From: Synechococcus sp.
Lineage (GTDB): Bacteria; Cyanobacteriota; Cyanobacteriia; Thermostichales; PCC-7336
Length of the DNA stretch: 23,665 nt
Assembly: GCA_051439605.1 (NCBI GenBank)
Contig: JBFRWN010000118.1
Location: 1-23,665 of the forward strand
Reading direction: 5' to 3'
Within the stretch, counting starts at the first letter, position 1, and every line of letters starts with the position of its first letter. Below, piece by piece: positions 1 to 8,939 of this stretch. The notes beneath the pieces were generated by a model, which was given only the letters and a program-made list of their open reading frames with translations, ran no database searches and had not been told where the DNA came from. Position numbers and translations under genes: made by a program.

Positions 1-75
1 CTCGTCAATCGTCCCGGCAATGATGCCTAGGTGGTCTAGGTTTTTGACTTCAATTTCAGTCTGAGCAGCATTCAT
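1..75 (-). CDS. IS1634-family transposase, N-terminal 25 codons (runs off the left edge)
   Basis: Hand translation from ATG at 75 gives MNAAQTEIEVKNLDHLGIIAGTIDE, matching the LDHLG(I/L)(I/V)AG.IDE N-terminus of cyanobacterial IS1634 (DUF4277-containing) transposases. A GAGG SD-like motif lies upstream. Not in the ORF track. Confidence 0.85.
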   Translation of the reverse strand, partial: MNAAQTEIEVKNLDHLGIIAGTIDE

Positions 76-120
76 CTTTCAAAATTACCTCACACCCAAA
101 CTCAACCTGCGGAATGTGGG
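1..120 (-). mobile_element. Left end of an IS1634-family insertion sequence; probable terminal inverted repeat at ~107-120
   Basis: The minus strand reads CCCACATTCCGCAG at 120-107, which I recognise as the typical end of cyanobacterial IS1634 elements. It is 45 nt upstream of the transposase ATG, and IS5 similarity stops at this point. Confidence 0.7.
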
Positions 121-236
121 ATCCAATCTAGGATTTGGCGCTTGCTCCCGATTGGAAGTCTGGGCGTTCGCTTTCTTGGTAGGAGCGGTTCGACGTTACT
201 CCACTCTTTATTCGCCAAGCCGCTGGAGTATGGCAT
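121..236 (-). pseudogene. Degenerate IS5-family transposase N-terminal fragment, interrupted at 120/121
   Basis: ATG at 236 gives MPYSSGLANKEWSNVEPLLPRKRTPRLPIGSKRQILDW, a decayed version of the MPYSS.L.D.EW..IEPLLP.K...RP....KR.ILD N-terminus of cyanobacterial IS5 transposases. Confidence 0.75.
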
Positions 237-369
237 TGTTTTCCAGCCTTAGACCATCATGCAGAGAGCTCAATTAGGCTCTGTATACAGCTAGAGAGTC
301 TAAAGTCTTATACAGACTCATGCTGTATCTGCTTTCCGTCGTGTAATGTCCCCTCACCAGGACCTTTTG

Positions 370-1434
370 TTAATTTTTCGGAGATGATTCCTGAAGATGG
401 CCTGGGAAATGGCAAGCAACGGCACTCAGCGATCGCTCCGTTCGGAGCTGTGGCATTTGCGTTGCACAAATCTCTTGGCCGATGGGACAACGACCGTACA
501 GGCGGCATGTATTCGGATCGGGGTTGATCGGGCTGCGAGGATCGCCCGGTAGTAAGGTCTGCGGCGATCGCTCCCCCTTATTTGCACTCGGAATAGCCGA
601 CACCAATGCCTGAGTATACGGATGAGCTGGCCGAGAAAAAATCGCATCCACCGGCCCGGACTCCACAATCTTGCCCAGATACATCACCAACACGCGATCG
701 CACAGCAACCGCACCACATTCAAATCGTGGGACACAAACAAGTAGCTTATCCCCAACCGACGGCGTAAGTCCGCCAAAAGCTGCAGAATGAGCACCTGTA
801 CCGACACATCCAGCGCCGATGTGGGCTCGTCCAAAATGAGGAGAGATGGTTCCAAGGCGATCGCCCGCGCAATCCCCACCCGCGCTTTCTGTCCTCCCGA
901 AAGCTGATGGGGAAAACGGCTCAACAGCTCTGCGGGCAATCCTACCCACTCGGCCAACTGACGTACGCGATTGCCCAGTTCTGCTTGCCGATGGATATGT
1001 CCCAATCGCTTCAAAGGTTCCGCGATCGCTTGGAAAGCTGTATGAGAGGGATTGAGACTGTCGGTTGGATCTTGAAAAACCATTTGCACTTTGGCACGCT
1101 CCGGCGAACGGGCAAAGCGCCGACTGGGGATACGGGAGAGGTCGCGTTCTTCAAACCAAATTTCCCCCGCAGTAGGGTTTATTAACCGAGCGATCAAGCG
1201 GACCAACGTCGACTTACCGCAACCGGACTCCCCTACCAATCCGACACTTTCTCCCGCTCGAATCGCCAAAGATACATTGTCTACAGCGTGAAGCAAATGA
1301 GGGGAGGGCGATCGCTTTTGCCGCAAGACCTTCGCTCTCAACCGCTGCCAAAAAGGTTCCGACTGTCCGGTAGGAAACTTCTTGGTCAACCCGCGTACCA
1401 GCAATAAGTCTTTTGCAAGCGATTTCTCTGTCAT
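370..1434 (-). CDS. Oligopeptide/dipeptide-type ABC transporter ATP-binding subunit (OppF/DppF-like)
   Basis: Walker A GESGCGKS, signature LSGGQ, Walker B ILDEP, H-loop SHD, C-terminal HPYT plus Cys-rich extension. The ORF track start is 1446; ATG at 1434 overlaps the upstream stop (ATGA) and is preferred. Confidence 0.95.
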   Translation of the reverse strand: MTEKSLAKDLLLVRGLTKKFPTGQSEPFWQRLRAKVLRQKRSPSPHLLHAVDNVSLAIRAGESVGLVGESGCGKSTLVRLIARLINPTAGEIWFEERDLSRIPSRRFARSPERAKVQMVFQDPTDSLNPSHTAFQAIAEPLKRLGHIHRQAELGNRVRQLAEWVGLPAELLSRFPHQLSGGQKARVGIARAIALEPSLLILDEPTSALDVSVQVLILQLLADLRRRLGISYLFVSHDLNVVRLLCDRVLVMYLGKIVESGPVDAIFSRPAHPYTQALVSAIPSANKGERSPQTLLPGDPRSPINPDPNTCRLYGRCPIGQEICATQMPQLRTERSLSAVACHFPGHLQESSPKN

Positions 1435-2393
1435 AACGGTCTCCAACAGGCGACTTGGCGATTGGGAGCGATCGCTTTGAGGGACAGGGGTTGCTCGCAG
1501 TCCCGATGGTAGCGATCGCAGCGCTTGCTAAACCGACAGGAAGGTAGCGTCCCCCTCAAATCCGGCAAATTCCCGGCAATCGGGACTAAGTGACGCATGT
1601 CGGACACCAGATCGGGGGTCGCAGCAATCAACTTGGCGGTGTAGGGATGGCAGGGGCGATCGAATAACTCCCCAGTGGGCGCGACTTCAACGATATGTCC
1701 GGCATGCATGACGGCAATGCGATCGCAATAGTCTGCTGCCAACCCGAGATCGTGGGTAATAATGGCGGTTGCCATGTCAGTTTTGCGAGCTAAGTCACGA
1801 ATCAGCTGCATAATGGCGGCTTGGGTGGTGACGTCTAGACCAGTAGTCGGTTCGTCTGCGATCAGGAGTTTGGGGGAACAGGCGAGGGCGAGGGCGATGC
1901 CGATGCGCTGGCATTGACCGCCGGAGAGTTCGTAGGGATAGGCGAAATACCGTCTTTGGGGATCGGGGATGCGCACTTGGGCGAGGAGCGAGATCGCCTG
2001 CTGTTTCAACTGCGATCGCGGGATGTCTGCGTGGGCTTTGAGGACGTCCTCTAGCTGCTTGCCCACTTGCCGGATCGGATTGAGGGCGCTGCGCGGGCTT
2101 TGGAAAATCATCGAGAGGTGTTTGCCGCGAAGCTTGCGGAGGGAAGATTCCTTCAGGGAGAGAAGGTTCTGGCGATCGAAGTGAATTGCTCCGGATCGAA
2201 TGCGCGCCGCACTGTCCGAAATTCCCATCACCGCCATGGCCAGTACGGATTTTCCCGAGCCACTTTCCCCGACAATCCCCACCGTCTCTCCCCGCCGCAC
2301 CGATAGATTAACCCCTTCGATCGCGCGAACAACACCTAAACGGGTTTTGAACTCCAGCGTCAGATTCTCAATCGCGATCAGCGGCGTATCCAT
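1431..2393 (-). CDS. Oligopeptide/dipeptide-type ABC transporter ATP-binding subunit (OppD/DppD-like)
   Basis: GESGSGKS, LSGGQ, IADEPTTGLD, THD, HPYT and a C-terminal Cys motif (CRFSKRC...C...VAC). Confidence 0.95.
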   Translation of the reverse strand: MDTPLIAIENLTLEFKTRLGVVRAIEGVNLSVRRGETVGIVGESGSGKSVLAMAVMGISDSAARIRSGAIHFDRQNLLSLKESSLRKLRGKHLSMIFQSPRSALNPIRQVGKQLEDVLKAHADIPRSQLKQQAISLLAQVRIPDPQRRYFAYPYELSGGQCQRIGIALALACSPKLLIADEPTTGLDVTTQAAIMQLIRDLARKTDMATAIITHDLGLAADYCDRIAVMHAGHIVEVAPTGELFDRPCHPYTAKLIAATPDLVSDMRHLVPIAGNLPDLRGTLPSCRFSKRCDRYHRDCEQPLSLKAIAPNRQVACWRPL

Positions 2394-2405
2394 CCCGAAA
2401 CCTCC

Positions 2406-3251
2406 CTACGTTCTTCGTCTGGGATCGACCAGATCCCGCAGTCCATCCCCCAGCAAGTTGAAGCAAAATACCGCTAGCATCAGCATCATGCCGGGAAACA
2501 ACGCCATCCACCATTCTCCGGAAATGATGTACGTCGCTCCTTCCGCCACCATAATTCCCCACTCCGCAGTCGGCGGGCGAACTCCCAAGCCAATGAACGA
2601 TAGACCGGCTGCATTCAAAATCGACCAGCCCATATTTAACGACGCCGGCACCATCGTCGCAGGCAACACGTTCGGGAAAATATGGGCTGCCATAATGCGA
2701 CAGTCTCCATTCCCCGCCAACCGAGCGGCCTCTACATAGCCCGCCTTCCGTGCTACCACCACCTCCGATCGCACCACCCGAGCGTACAGCGGCAAGTTGA
2801 CAAGAGCCGTTGCGTAAATAATGTTCTCTACCGAATTGCCTAGTGCCGCCACGATCCCCATAGCCAAGACAAACAGGGGAAACGCCATGATCGTATCGAT
2901 GCAACGACCGGCGACACGATCGAACCACCCTCCAAAATATCCGGCGCAGGTGCCCAAGATGCTACCAGCCACGAAGGACATGGCGACAGCCGAAACAGCT
3001 ATACCTAGATCCAGACGCGCTGCAACGATCGCCCGACTCAACACATCCCGACCAAACTCGTCCGTACCGAACCAATGTTGCCAAGTCGGCGATTGAAGTT
3101 GCAGATCGGCATTTGTCTCTAGCGGATCGTAGGGAACGATCCATGGACCGAACAGCCCCATCCCGACAAACGCCACGAACAGCAAAAAGGCCGTCAAAGT
3201 CATGCGGTTTTCGGCGATCGTGTACCGAGCTTGGCGGAGAAAAACCTTCAT
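2406..3251 (-). CDS. ABC transporter permease (OppC/DppC-like)
   Basis: HWFGTDEFGRD motif, multiple TM helices, EAA loop YVEAARLAG, C-terminal FNLLGDGLRD. Confidence 0.95.
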   Translation of the reverse strand: MKVFLRQARYTIAENRMTLTAFLLFVAFVGMGLFGPWIVPYDPLETNADLQLQSPTWQHWFGTDEFGRDVLSRAIVAARLDLGIAVSAVAMSFVAGSILGTCAGYFGGWFDRVAGRCIDTIMAFPLFVLAMGIVAALGNSVENIIYATALVNLPLYARVVRSEVVVARKAGYVEAARLAGNGDCRIMAAHIFPNVLPATMVPASLNMGWSILNAAGLSFIGLGVRPPTAEWGIMVAEGATYIISGEWWMALFPGMMLMLAVFCFNLLGDGLRDLVDPRRRT

Positions 3252-4276
3252 GCTTCTACCTCAGCACGGGGATCGATGATGCCGTAAAGGATATCGATCG
3301 CGAGATTGAGAAACACGTACAGCGCCGCCATCGTCAGGACAAATCCCTGGATCGGGGCATAGTCAGAAGTCTCGAGCGCATTCACCGCATAGGATCCAAT
3401 CCCTTCCCAGGCAAACACTTTTTCCACCAAGACATTTGCACCGAGCAAAAAGGAGAACACCACCCCCATCGTGGTGACGATCGGCAGCAAAGCATTGCGA
3501 AAGGCATAGCTAAAAATAATAGTGTGGCGGGGCAAGCCGTTAGCGCGGGCAGTGCGGATGAAGTCGCTGGAGAGAACGCCCAGCATGGAGGCACGGGTGA
3601 CGCGAGCCAATGGGGCGAGGGCGAAGATTCCGAGGGTAAATGCCGGTAATAACAGATGGGCTAAGGCATCGGCGAAGGTACTAAAATTTAGCTCCAGCAA
3701 GCTGTCGATCAAATAAAAGCCGGTAACGAGATCGGGAGGTGGGGTGAATAAATCCAATCGCCCTACTGGCGCGGGCGCCCAGCCAAGCTTGTAATAGAGA
3801 ACGTATTGAAGCAAGAGTCCGGTGAAGAATGTCGGTAGGGAAACTCCAGCAGTGGTCACCGATCGAGCGAAGCGATCGACCCAAGAATTGGCATGCGTTG
3901 CAGCCAAGATTCCTAGCGGGAGGGCAATGGCGATCGCAAACAGCAACCCCAATCCGGTCAGCTCTAAGGAAGCAGGCAGCTTCTCTATTAAGTCTGTCAA
4001 CACCGGCTGTCCGGTCGTTAACGATCGACCGAAATCTCCGCGTAACAGATCTCTCGCGTAAATCCAAAATTGAACCAAGAGACTTTCGTTCAGTCCCAAC
4101 TGCTCGCGGATCTGGTCGATCGCCTCTTGAGTGGCTGCCGGTCCGGCAAAATAGGCCGCCGGATCTCCAGGTAACGCTCGGGTAAGCACAAACGCCACGA
4201 CAATGACGCCCCCCAAGCTGGGAATCGCAGCTAGAAGGCGAGTGGCGATCGTTGTGAGTGGGGATCGTCTGGGCAT
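3248..4276 (-). CDS. ABC transporter permease (OppB/DppB-like)
   Basis: LPGDPA, GDFGRSL, FIRTARANGL, VEKVFAWEGIG and C-terminal DPR. ATGA overlap with the downstream permease. Confidence 0.95.
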   Translation of the reverse strand: MPRRSPLTTIATRLLAAIPSLGGVIVVAFVLTRALPGDPAAYFAGPAATQEAIDQIREQLGLNESLLVQFWIYARDLLRGDFGRSLTTGQPVLTDLIEKLPASLELTGLGLLFAIAIALPLGILAATHANSWVDRFARSVTTAGVSLPTFFTGLLLQYVLYYKLGWAPAPVGRLDLFTPPPDLVTGFYLIDSLLELNFSTFADALAHLLLPAFTLGIFALAPLARVTRASMLGVLSSDFIRTARANGLPRHTIIFSYAFRNALLPIVTTMGVVFSFLLGANVLVEKVFAWEGIGSYAVNALETSDYAPIQGFVLTMAALYVFLNLAIDILYGIIDPRAEVEA

Positions 4277-4300
4277 TGGTAAATAGGAGATGGGGCTGGT

Positions 4301-4349
4301 GGCGATCGCCTACTCTGCTAGCGTCCCAGCAGATTGGACGGCGATCTCC
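4301..4349 (-). terminator. Intercistronic stem-loop just 3' of the substrate-binding protein gene (mRNA stabiliser or partial terminator)
   Basis: GATCGCC 4304-4310 pairs with GGCGATC 4340-4346, and TCTGCT 4314-4319 pairs with AGCAGA 4328-4333. This is a common position for such hairpins in ABC operons. Confidence 0.5.
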
Positions 4350-4355
4350 CCCGTA

Positions 4356-6011
4356 CTAGGACTTAACAATTTGGCGGTAATCCAGCTGGCGGTGGAACCA
4401 AAATTGGTACCCCGAGATGTTGGGCTGCATCGCGACCGAAAGCAAAGGTTGCACCATCGGCACGCGAGGCATCTGTTCGAAGGCAATTTGGATAAAGCCC
4501 TTAACGTACTCCTCGTAAGCAGGATCGCCAGGACCGGTTCTTAAGGCAGCGTCGACCAATTCATCCAGTTCGGGGTTTTGGTAGGAGCTGCCGTTAAACG
4601 TAGCATTTTGCCCGTGATAGGAATAGAAGAAAAAGTAGTCGGGATAGTTCAGCCAGCCACCGAAATTGTTGATAATCATCGGTCGGTTCTTCTCCACCAG
4701 AACGGCCCGGAAATTCGCTCCCGGCACCTTTTCTAGGGTCACTTGAATACCTAAATCGGCTAGGGCTTCTTGAATCAGTACGCACATTGGCTCGGCCCAT
4801 TCCTGAGTTCCCAAATTAAACGCCAGTGTGGTTTCAAACCCGTCCGGATAACTGGATTCAGCCAGCAATTGTTTGGCTTTTTCCATATCCGTTACGTAGG
4901 GGAAAGGCTGAGGCCAGTCGATGGTTTGGGGTTCGAAGGATGGCCCTCCAAACATGGGTACCCCCTGACCGTACATGGCAGTCGTCATTATTGCTTCGTA
5001 AGGGATAGCGTAGGCGACCGCCTGTCTCACTTTGACATCGAAGAAGGGATTGGGTTCGCCGTTCAGTTCTGAGGTGGAATTGAGATCGATGGTGTGCATC
5101 GCATTCTCAATCGGGGTGGAGATCACCGTGAAGTCGCCGATGTCTCGCAGCTCTTTCGTGTCTTTCTCAGCCACATCGAAGTTGATATCCACATCACCGC
5201 GCTCTAACAGGGCTCGTCGCGTACCGGCTTCCGGAACATCGAGTAATATCACCTGTTCGATCTGAGGCAGCGGACCGGATTTCCAGTCATCGAAACGACG
5301 CAACACCAGGCGCTCGCCAGGTTTGAAGGTTTCCAGTTGGTAAGCACCACCGCCAGCATCGTTGGCATTTAGCCATTCCGTCCCCCAAGGGTCGTCCTCC
5401 GTGACGTGTTGCTTGACCAATGCCGAGTTAATAATCACCGGAATCGGCACGGCCATGTCGATCGTGGTCAGTTTGTCTTGACGCAAAAAATCTACGCGGA
5501 AGGTGTAGTCGTCCACAACAGTAAATTGGTCGGGACTTTCCAAGGCACCCGCTTTCATTTGAAATGTAGGGAAGCCGCCGACCGATACGGCGCGATCGAA
5601 GGACCACTTTACGTCATTCGCGGTGACTGGCGTACCGTCGTGGAAGGTGGCGTCGCGACGTAGGTTGAAGGTGACTGAGAGGCCGTCTTCAGCGATCTCC
5701 CAGCTTTCTGCCAGCTCGGGTTCGAGGACCGTGTAGTCGTAGGATTTGCTGCCATCGGCAAGGGTTTTGGTGCCGAAGGTCATCAGGCGATCGTAAAGGT
5801 TCCAGGCTGCTCCGTAGGCAGGACGGTTGGTACCGACTTTGTGGAGGTCGAGACCATTAGGGAACCCACCGCCGCGAACCACTCGAAGGGTGGTGTCGCT
5901 GTTGGCTTGGGCGAGAAGTACGGGAGCCGATCGCGTCGATTGTGACGTTCCAGCCAGTGCTGCACCAGCAACCACTGCCGCTCCACCCTTAAGCAAATCC
6001 CGTCGCTTCAT
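4356..6011 (-). CDS. ABC transporter substrate-binding protein, family 5 (OppA/DppA fold), with twin-arginine signal
   Basis: MKRRDLLKGGAAVVAGAALAG Tat signal; PELAESWE, TFNLRRDATFHDGTPVTANDVKWSFDR, and KVRQAVAYAI family-5 motifs. ATG at 6011 with upstream GGAGAA is preferred over the TTG at 6026. Confidence 0.93.
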   Translation of the reverse strand: MKRRDLLKGGAAVVAGAALAGTSQSTRSAPVLLAQANSDTTLRVVRGGGFPNGLDLHKVGTNRPAYGAAWNLYDRLMTFGTKTLADGSKSYDYTVLEPELAESWEIAEDGLSVTFNLRRDATFHDGTPVTANDVKWSFDRAVSVGGFPTFQMKAGALESPDQFTVVDDYTFRVDFLRQDKLTTIDMAVPIPVIINSALVKQHVTEDDPWGTEWLNANDAGGGAYQLETFKPGERLVLRRFDDWKSGPLPQIEQVILLDVPEAGTRRALLERGDVDINFDVAEKDTKELRDIGDFTVISTPIENAMHTIDLNSTSELNGEPNPFFDVKVRQAVAYAIPYEAIMTTAMYGQGVPMFGGPSFEPQTIDWPQPFPYVTDMEKAKQLLAESSYPDGFETTLAFNLGTQEWAEPMCVLIQEALADLGIQVTLEKVPGANFRAVLVEKNRPMIINNFGGWLNYPDYFFFYSYHGQNATFNGSSYQNPELDELVDAALRTGPGDPAYEEYVKGFIQIAFEQMPRVPMVQPLLSVAMQPNISGYQFWFHRQLDYRQIVKS

Positions 6012-6047
6012 TAAACAGTTCTCCAAACAGAATTGATGAGATGATTT

Positions 6048-6090
6048 ACACTACGCACAATTACGGTCCACTCACAGTAACGAGAATTGC
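6048..6090 (-). promoter_or_regulatory. Putative NtcA-activated promoter of the ABC operon
   Basis: The minus strand has GCA-N8-TAC (6090-6077; one mismatch to GTA-N8-TAC), a 23-nt spacer, then TAGTGT (TAN3T -10 box, 6053-6048), about 37 nt before the ATG. Confidence 0.4.
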
Positions 6091-6189
6091 ACTTCACCCC
6101 TCCGAGTACGCACTTGCCGCCAGTTGCGATCGTCATTTCAGGATTTGCTGTTTAAGTCTCAAGCTACTGTTATTACTAGCTTTCAAGGT

Positions 6190-6261
6190 CATGAGGCAGT
6201 GGCCAAGTGCAAGGGAAATTGAAATAATCGCCCAAAAGCCTTGCACGGGCCATCTGCCATG
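6190..6261. repeat. Long imperfect inverted repeat (hairpin)
   Basis: Left arm CATGAGGCAGTGGCCAAGTGCAAGG (6190-6214); right arm CCTTGCACGGGCCATCTGCCATG (6239-6261). The GTGCAAGG/CCTTGCAC core is perfect. Confidence 0.7.
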
Positions 6262-6292
6262 TACCGATGCGTAGTCCCCGGCCAGCTATCCT

Positions 6293-6461
6293 CTGAAGGC
6301 AAAATCTCTGGCCTCGAACACCGAGCAAGCTTACCGTTGAGAATTACGACGCTTTTTGAGGTGGTGCGAAAAGCCTTGGTCGGAGGTGACCATCCAAGAT
6401 TTGACAAAGTACAAGTCATATTTGCTCGAGCAAGGATTGCAAGCCTCCTCGTGCAATCGAG
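6293..6461 (+). pseudogene. Tyrosine recombinase/integrase N-terminal (SAM-like) domain remnant with an in-frame stop
   Basis: The frame reads LKAKSLASNTEQAYR*ELRRFLRWCEKPWSEVTIQDLTKYKSYLLEQGLQASSCNRA, with TGA at 6338-6340. This fits the integrase core-binding pattern (S.NT..AY...L..F ... DL..Y...L...GL..SS.NR). No catalytic domain follows; similarity ends at the rtcA stop. Confidence 0.75.
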
Positions 6462-7520
6462 CTAAGTCGAATGCTCGCTACCCTCAGGAACGACAGTTAC
6501 CAAATGATTCTCTTCGTCGATCGCGATCTGAGCCAAACCAAATTGAGCGATCGCCCATGCATTAGTTCTCAAATGAGGGGTCACGCGAGCCACCCGATAC
6601 TGACTGGTCTGGGAACCCAGCGCGGCGGGAAGCAGGAGTTGATCGGCCAAATACGCATCCACGGGCATTCCGCAATTGTGAAACTCTAGCATCTCCTCAA
6701 CGGCCATCTCTGCCACCCGTTCCGCAGGCAGACCTCGACGCCCTAACGCAGAGAACCCGGCCCGGCTGCGTTCGTACTCGGCAGTCAAGAAAATCCCCGT
6801 ACCGGGAGCCCGCCCCCGTTCCCGCTTTGCGTTAACCTGTCCGGGCAGATGGGCCTGTCGCAGCAGGTTCTCAGCCCGACTCGCCATCCGCTGCGGAATG
6901 TGGGCGGGCAGTTCGGTCGAAACCGCGAGCCCTCTAACCTGCTGCAGCGCTCCTCGATCCAGTAAATCCAGATAGCCTACGCTGCTGTTGCCAGCAACCC
7001 GCAATGTCACCTCCCCTCCCCCTTGGGGATACCATCCCCAAGCTCGCAATTCTAGCTCCGCTCGAATGCCTAACTGCGCGATCGCGGGCAGATAGACCTC
7101 TTGGATGTAAGTGACTGGGGGGCTCCAGGACACGTGGGTGCCGCCGCGCAGAGTGACTTGAGATCGCCCCGATGCCAGAGCTAGCGGCATCAGGATCGCC
7201 TGCATAATGAGCGTCACCGAACCAGCCGATCCCCCCTGCCGGGCTTGCGAGACATCAACGGTGTAGTGTCCCGCTTGAGGGGAACCTGCGGGAATGAATT
7301 CCAATGTCATCGAGCCCAGCTCGTCCCCTGCCAGCTGTGCCTGGCAAATATCAGCCGTGGCCCTAACTGACGTTAGATGTTGAGCGGCCAATCCGGGATG
7401 CTTGCGCCCCGCTCGGATGCGAACCACCTTCAGGGGTTGGCCGGTGATGGCAGACAAACTGAGGCAGGTGCGCAAGATTTGGCCGCCACCTTCGCCGTAA
7501 GAACCGTCGATCTGAATCAT
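6462..7520 (-). CDS. rtcA: RNA 3'-terminal phosphate cyclase
   Basis: IDGSYGEGGGQILRT, RAGRKHPGLAAQHL, GGTHV, GWYPQGGG, YLADQLLL and the catalytic-His motif HLRTN. Confidence 0.96.
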   Translation of the reverse strand: MIQIDGSYGEGGGQILRTCLSLSAITGQPLKVVRIRAGRKHPGLAAQHLTSVRATADICQAQLAGDELGSMTLEFIPAGSPQAGHYTVDVSQARQGGSAGSVTLIMQAILMPLALASGRSQVTLRGGTHVSWSPPVTYIQEVYLPAIAQLGIRAELELRAWGWYPQGGGEVTLRVAGNSSVGYLDLLDRGALQQVRGLAVSTELPAHIPQRMASRAENLLRQAHLPGQVNAKRERGRAPGTGIFLTAEYERSRAGFSALGRRGLPAERVAEMAVEEMLEFHNCGMPVDAYLADQLLLPAALGSQTSQYRVARVTPHLRTNAWAIAQFGLAQIAIDEENHLVTVVPEGSEHST

Positions 7521-7617
7521 TTGGATAGGTGCCTGTCGCGATCGAGAGGAACATCCGTTTCTGGGTCGGTCCGCCCAAGTGGGCCACGGCCGTTCAAATT
7601 GAATAGCGCGATACCGT

Positions 7618-8835
7618 TCAATTCTCGCTACCTCGCAAAGTATCGATTAGCGATCTCCAAAATCCTTTGCGCTTTTCGCTGCTATTGTGGCTGGCAGTGG
7701 GTTCTGGCCGAATGACATCACCGGCATGGCCGTTTCCAGATACTGCGGCTGGATGGCGCAGCTGCTGGTAGAGGTCGCGTTGGTAGGGGGTGATCCTTTC
7801 CGGTACGTGTACCCGCAGCTTGAGCAGCAGATCGCCACGGTACTCGCCGCCAAAGTCCGGCAATCCCTTCCCCCTCAGACGCAAGACAGCCTCGGGCTGC
7901 ACTCCTGGTGGAATCGAAACGGAGACGGATTTTTCCAAGGTCGGAACCTCTAGCTGGGTGCCGAGGACGGCATCGGGAACTTCAAGGATTTCCTCTCGCC
8001 AGAGATTGATGCCGCGCCGCTCGAACCGCGGATCGGGGCGCGTGCGAACGACAACATACAGATCCCCCGGCATTCCCATTGGCGCGGGGCTGGGGTATCC
8101 GCGACCTGCTAGACGTAAAACCATCCCCTCTTCCATTCCAACGGGAATGTTGATGCTCAACTCTTCTCCTGTCTCCACCCTTCCCCGACCGTTACAAATG
8201 GGACAGTACTCGGCGATCGTCGTTCCTTGCCCGCGACAGGAGGGACATACCGAAATTTGCTGAACGGTCAGGTTTCCTTCGCGGCGGCTCCTGACTTGCT
8301 GGCCGGTGCCGTTGCAGAGGGGGCAGAGACGAGGTTGAGTGCCCAGTTTCGCGCCCGAACCTCCACACGTCTGACAAGTGGTGGGACGCTTGATGATGAA
8401 CTCCCTTGCTCCTCCCGTCAGCACCATTTCCAGCGGCACTTCCAGATCTACTTCAAGGTTCTCGCCGCGAGGAGGGCCGGCAGGGCGTCGTCGTCTACCG
8501 AAAAAGCGCTCGGCAAACCCCAAGCCGCCCAAGCCAAAGTCAAACCCCTGTCCTCGAAATAGGTCGCCAAAATCAATGTCTCTGAAGAAATCCTCTGGCG
8601 AGGTACCCGCCACGCCAACCCGTCCGCCAGCATCGTATTGAGCCCGCTTTTGCGAGTCCGACAGAACGGCATAGGCTTCTGCTATCTCCTTAAAGCGTTC
8701 CTCTGCTTCAGGAGACGGATTGCGATCGGGATGGTATTGCAGCGCCAGCTTGCGGAAGGCATCCTTAATCGTTTTTGCATCCGCATTGCGAGGTACGCCC
8801 AGACATTCGTAATAGTCACTTTGTGCGTTCGGCAT
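7618..8835 (-). CDS. dnaJ: Type I DnaJ (Hsp40) co-chaperone
   Basis: J domain with HPD, G/F-rich linker, four CxxCxGxG repeats ([32 protein letters not shown]) and C-terminal substrate domains. Probably an accessory paralog because no dnaK or grpE is adjacent. Confidence 0.95.
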   Translation of the reverse strand: MPNAQSDYYECLGVPRNADAKTIKDAFRKLALQYHPDRNPSPEAEERFKEIAEAYAVLSDSQKRAQYDAGGRVGVAGTSPEDFFRDIDFGDLFRGQGFDFGLGGLGFAERFFGRRRRPAGPPRGENLEVDLEVPLEMVLTGGAREFIIKRPTTCQTCGGSGAKLGTQPRLCPLCNGTGQQVRSRREGNLTVQQISVCPSCRGQGTTIAEYCPICNGRGRVETGEELSINIPVGMEEGMVLRLAGRGYPSPAPMGMPGDLYVVVRTRPDPRFERRGINLWREEILEVPDAVLGTQLEVPTLEKSVSVSIPPGVQPEAVLRLRGKGLPDFGGEYRGDLLLKLRVHVPERITPYQRDLYQQLRHPAAVSGNGHAGDVIRPEPTASHNSSEKRKGFWRSLIDTLRGSEN

Positions 8836-8912
8836 CGAGGCTGAATCCCTCGAAACGGTAATCGGGCCTGGAATTCAACATACTGTACTCCCCCTAAGGC
8901 TCTCAATCCTCT

Positions 8913-8939
8913 TTAGCGTTCTTCATAGGTGAGTGCCTT
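8913..8939. promoter_or_regulatory. CIRCE-like operator (HrcA site) upstream of dnaJ
   Basis: TTAGCGTTC-N9-GAGTGCCTT against the consensus TTAGCACTC-N9-GAGTGCTAA: 13/18 matches with an exact 9-nt spacer, about 78 nt upstream of the dnaJ ATG. Confidence 0.55.

Noticed and set aside
6027..6190. Riboswitch in the ABC operon leader
   Set aside because: No recognisable aptamer consensus, and the candidate promoter would leave only about a 30-nt leader.
6356..6565. 69-aa ORF as an intact gene
   Set aside because: It is the post-stop part of the integrase remnant reading on into antisense rtcA, so it is treated as a pseudogene.
7618..8835. Apparent lack of perfect HIP1 sites in dnaJ, and in the GH18 half of the chitinase, as a sign of recent transfer
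   Set aside because: Read by eye over short spans with several near-matches present; not convincing without statistics.
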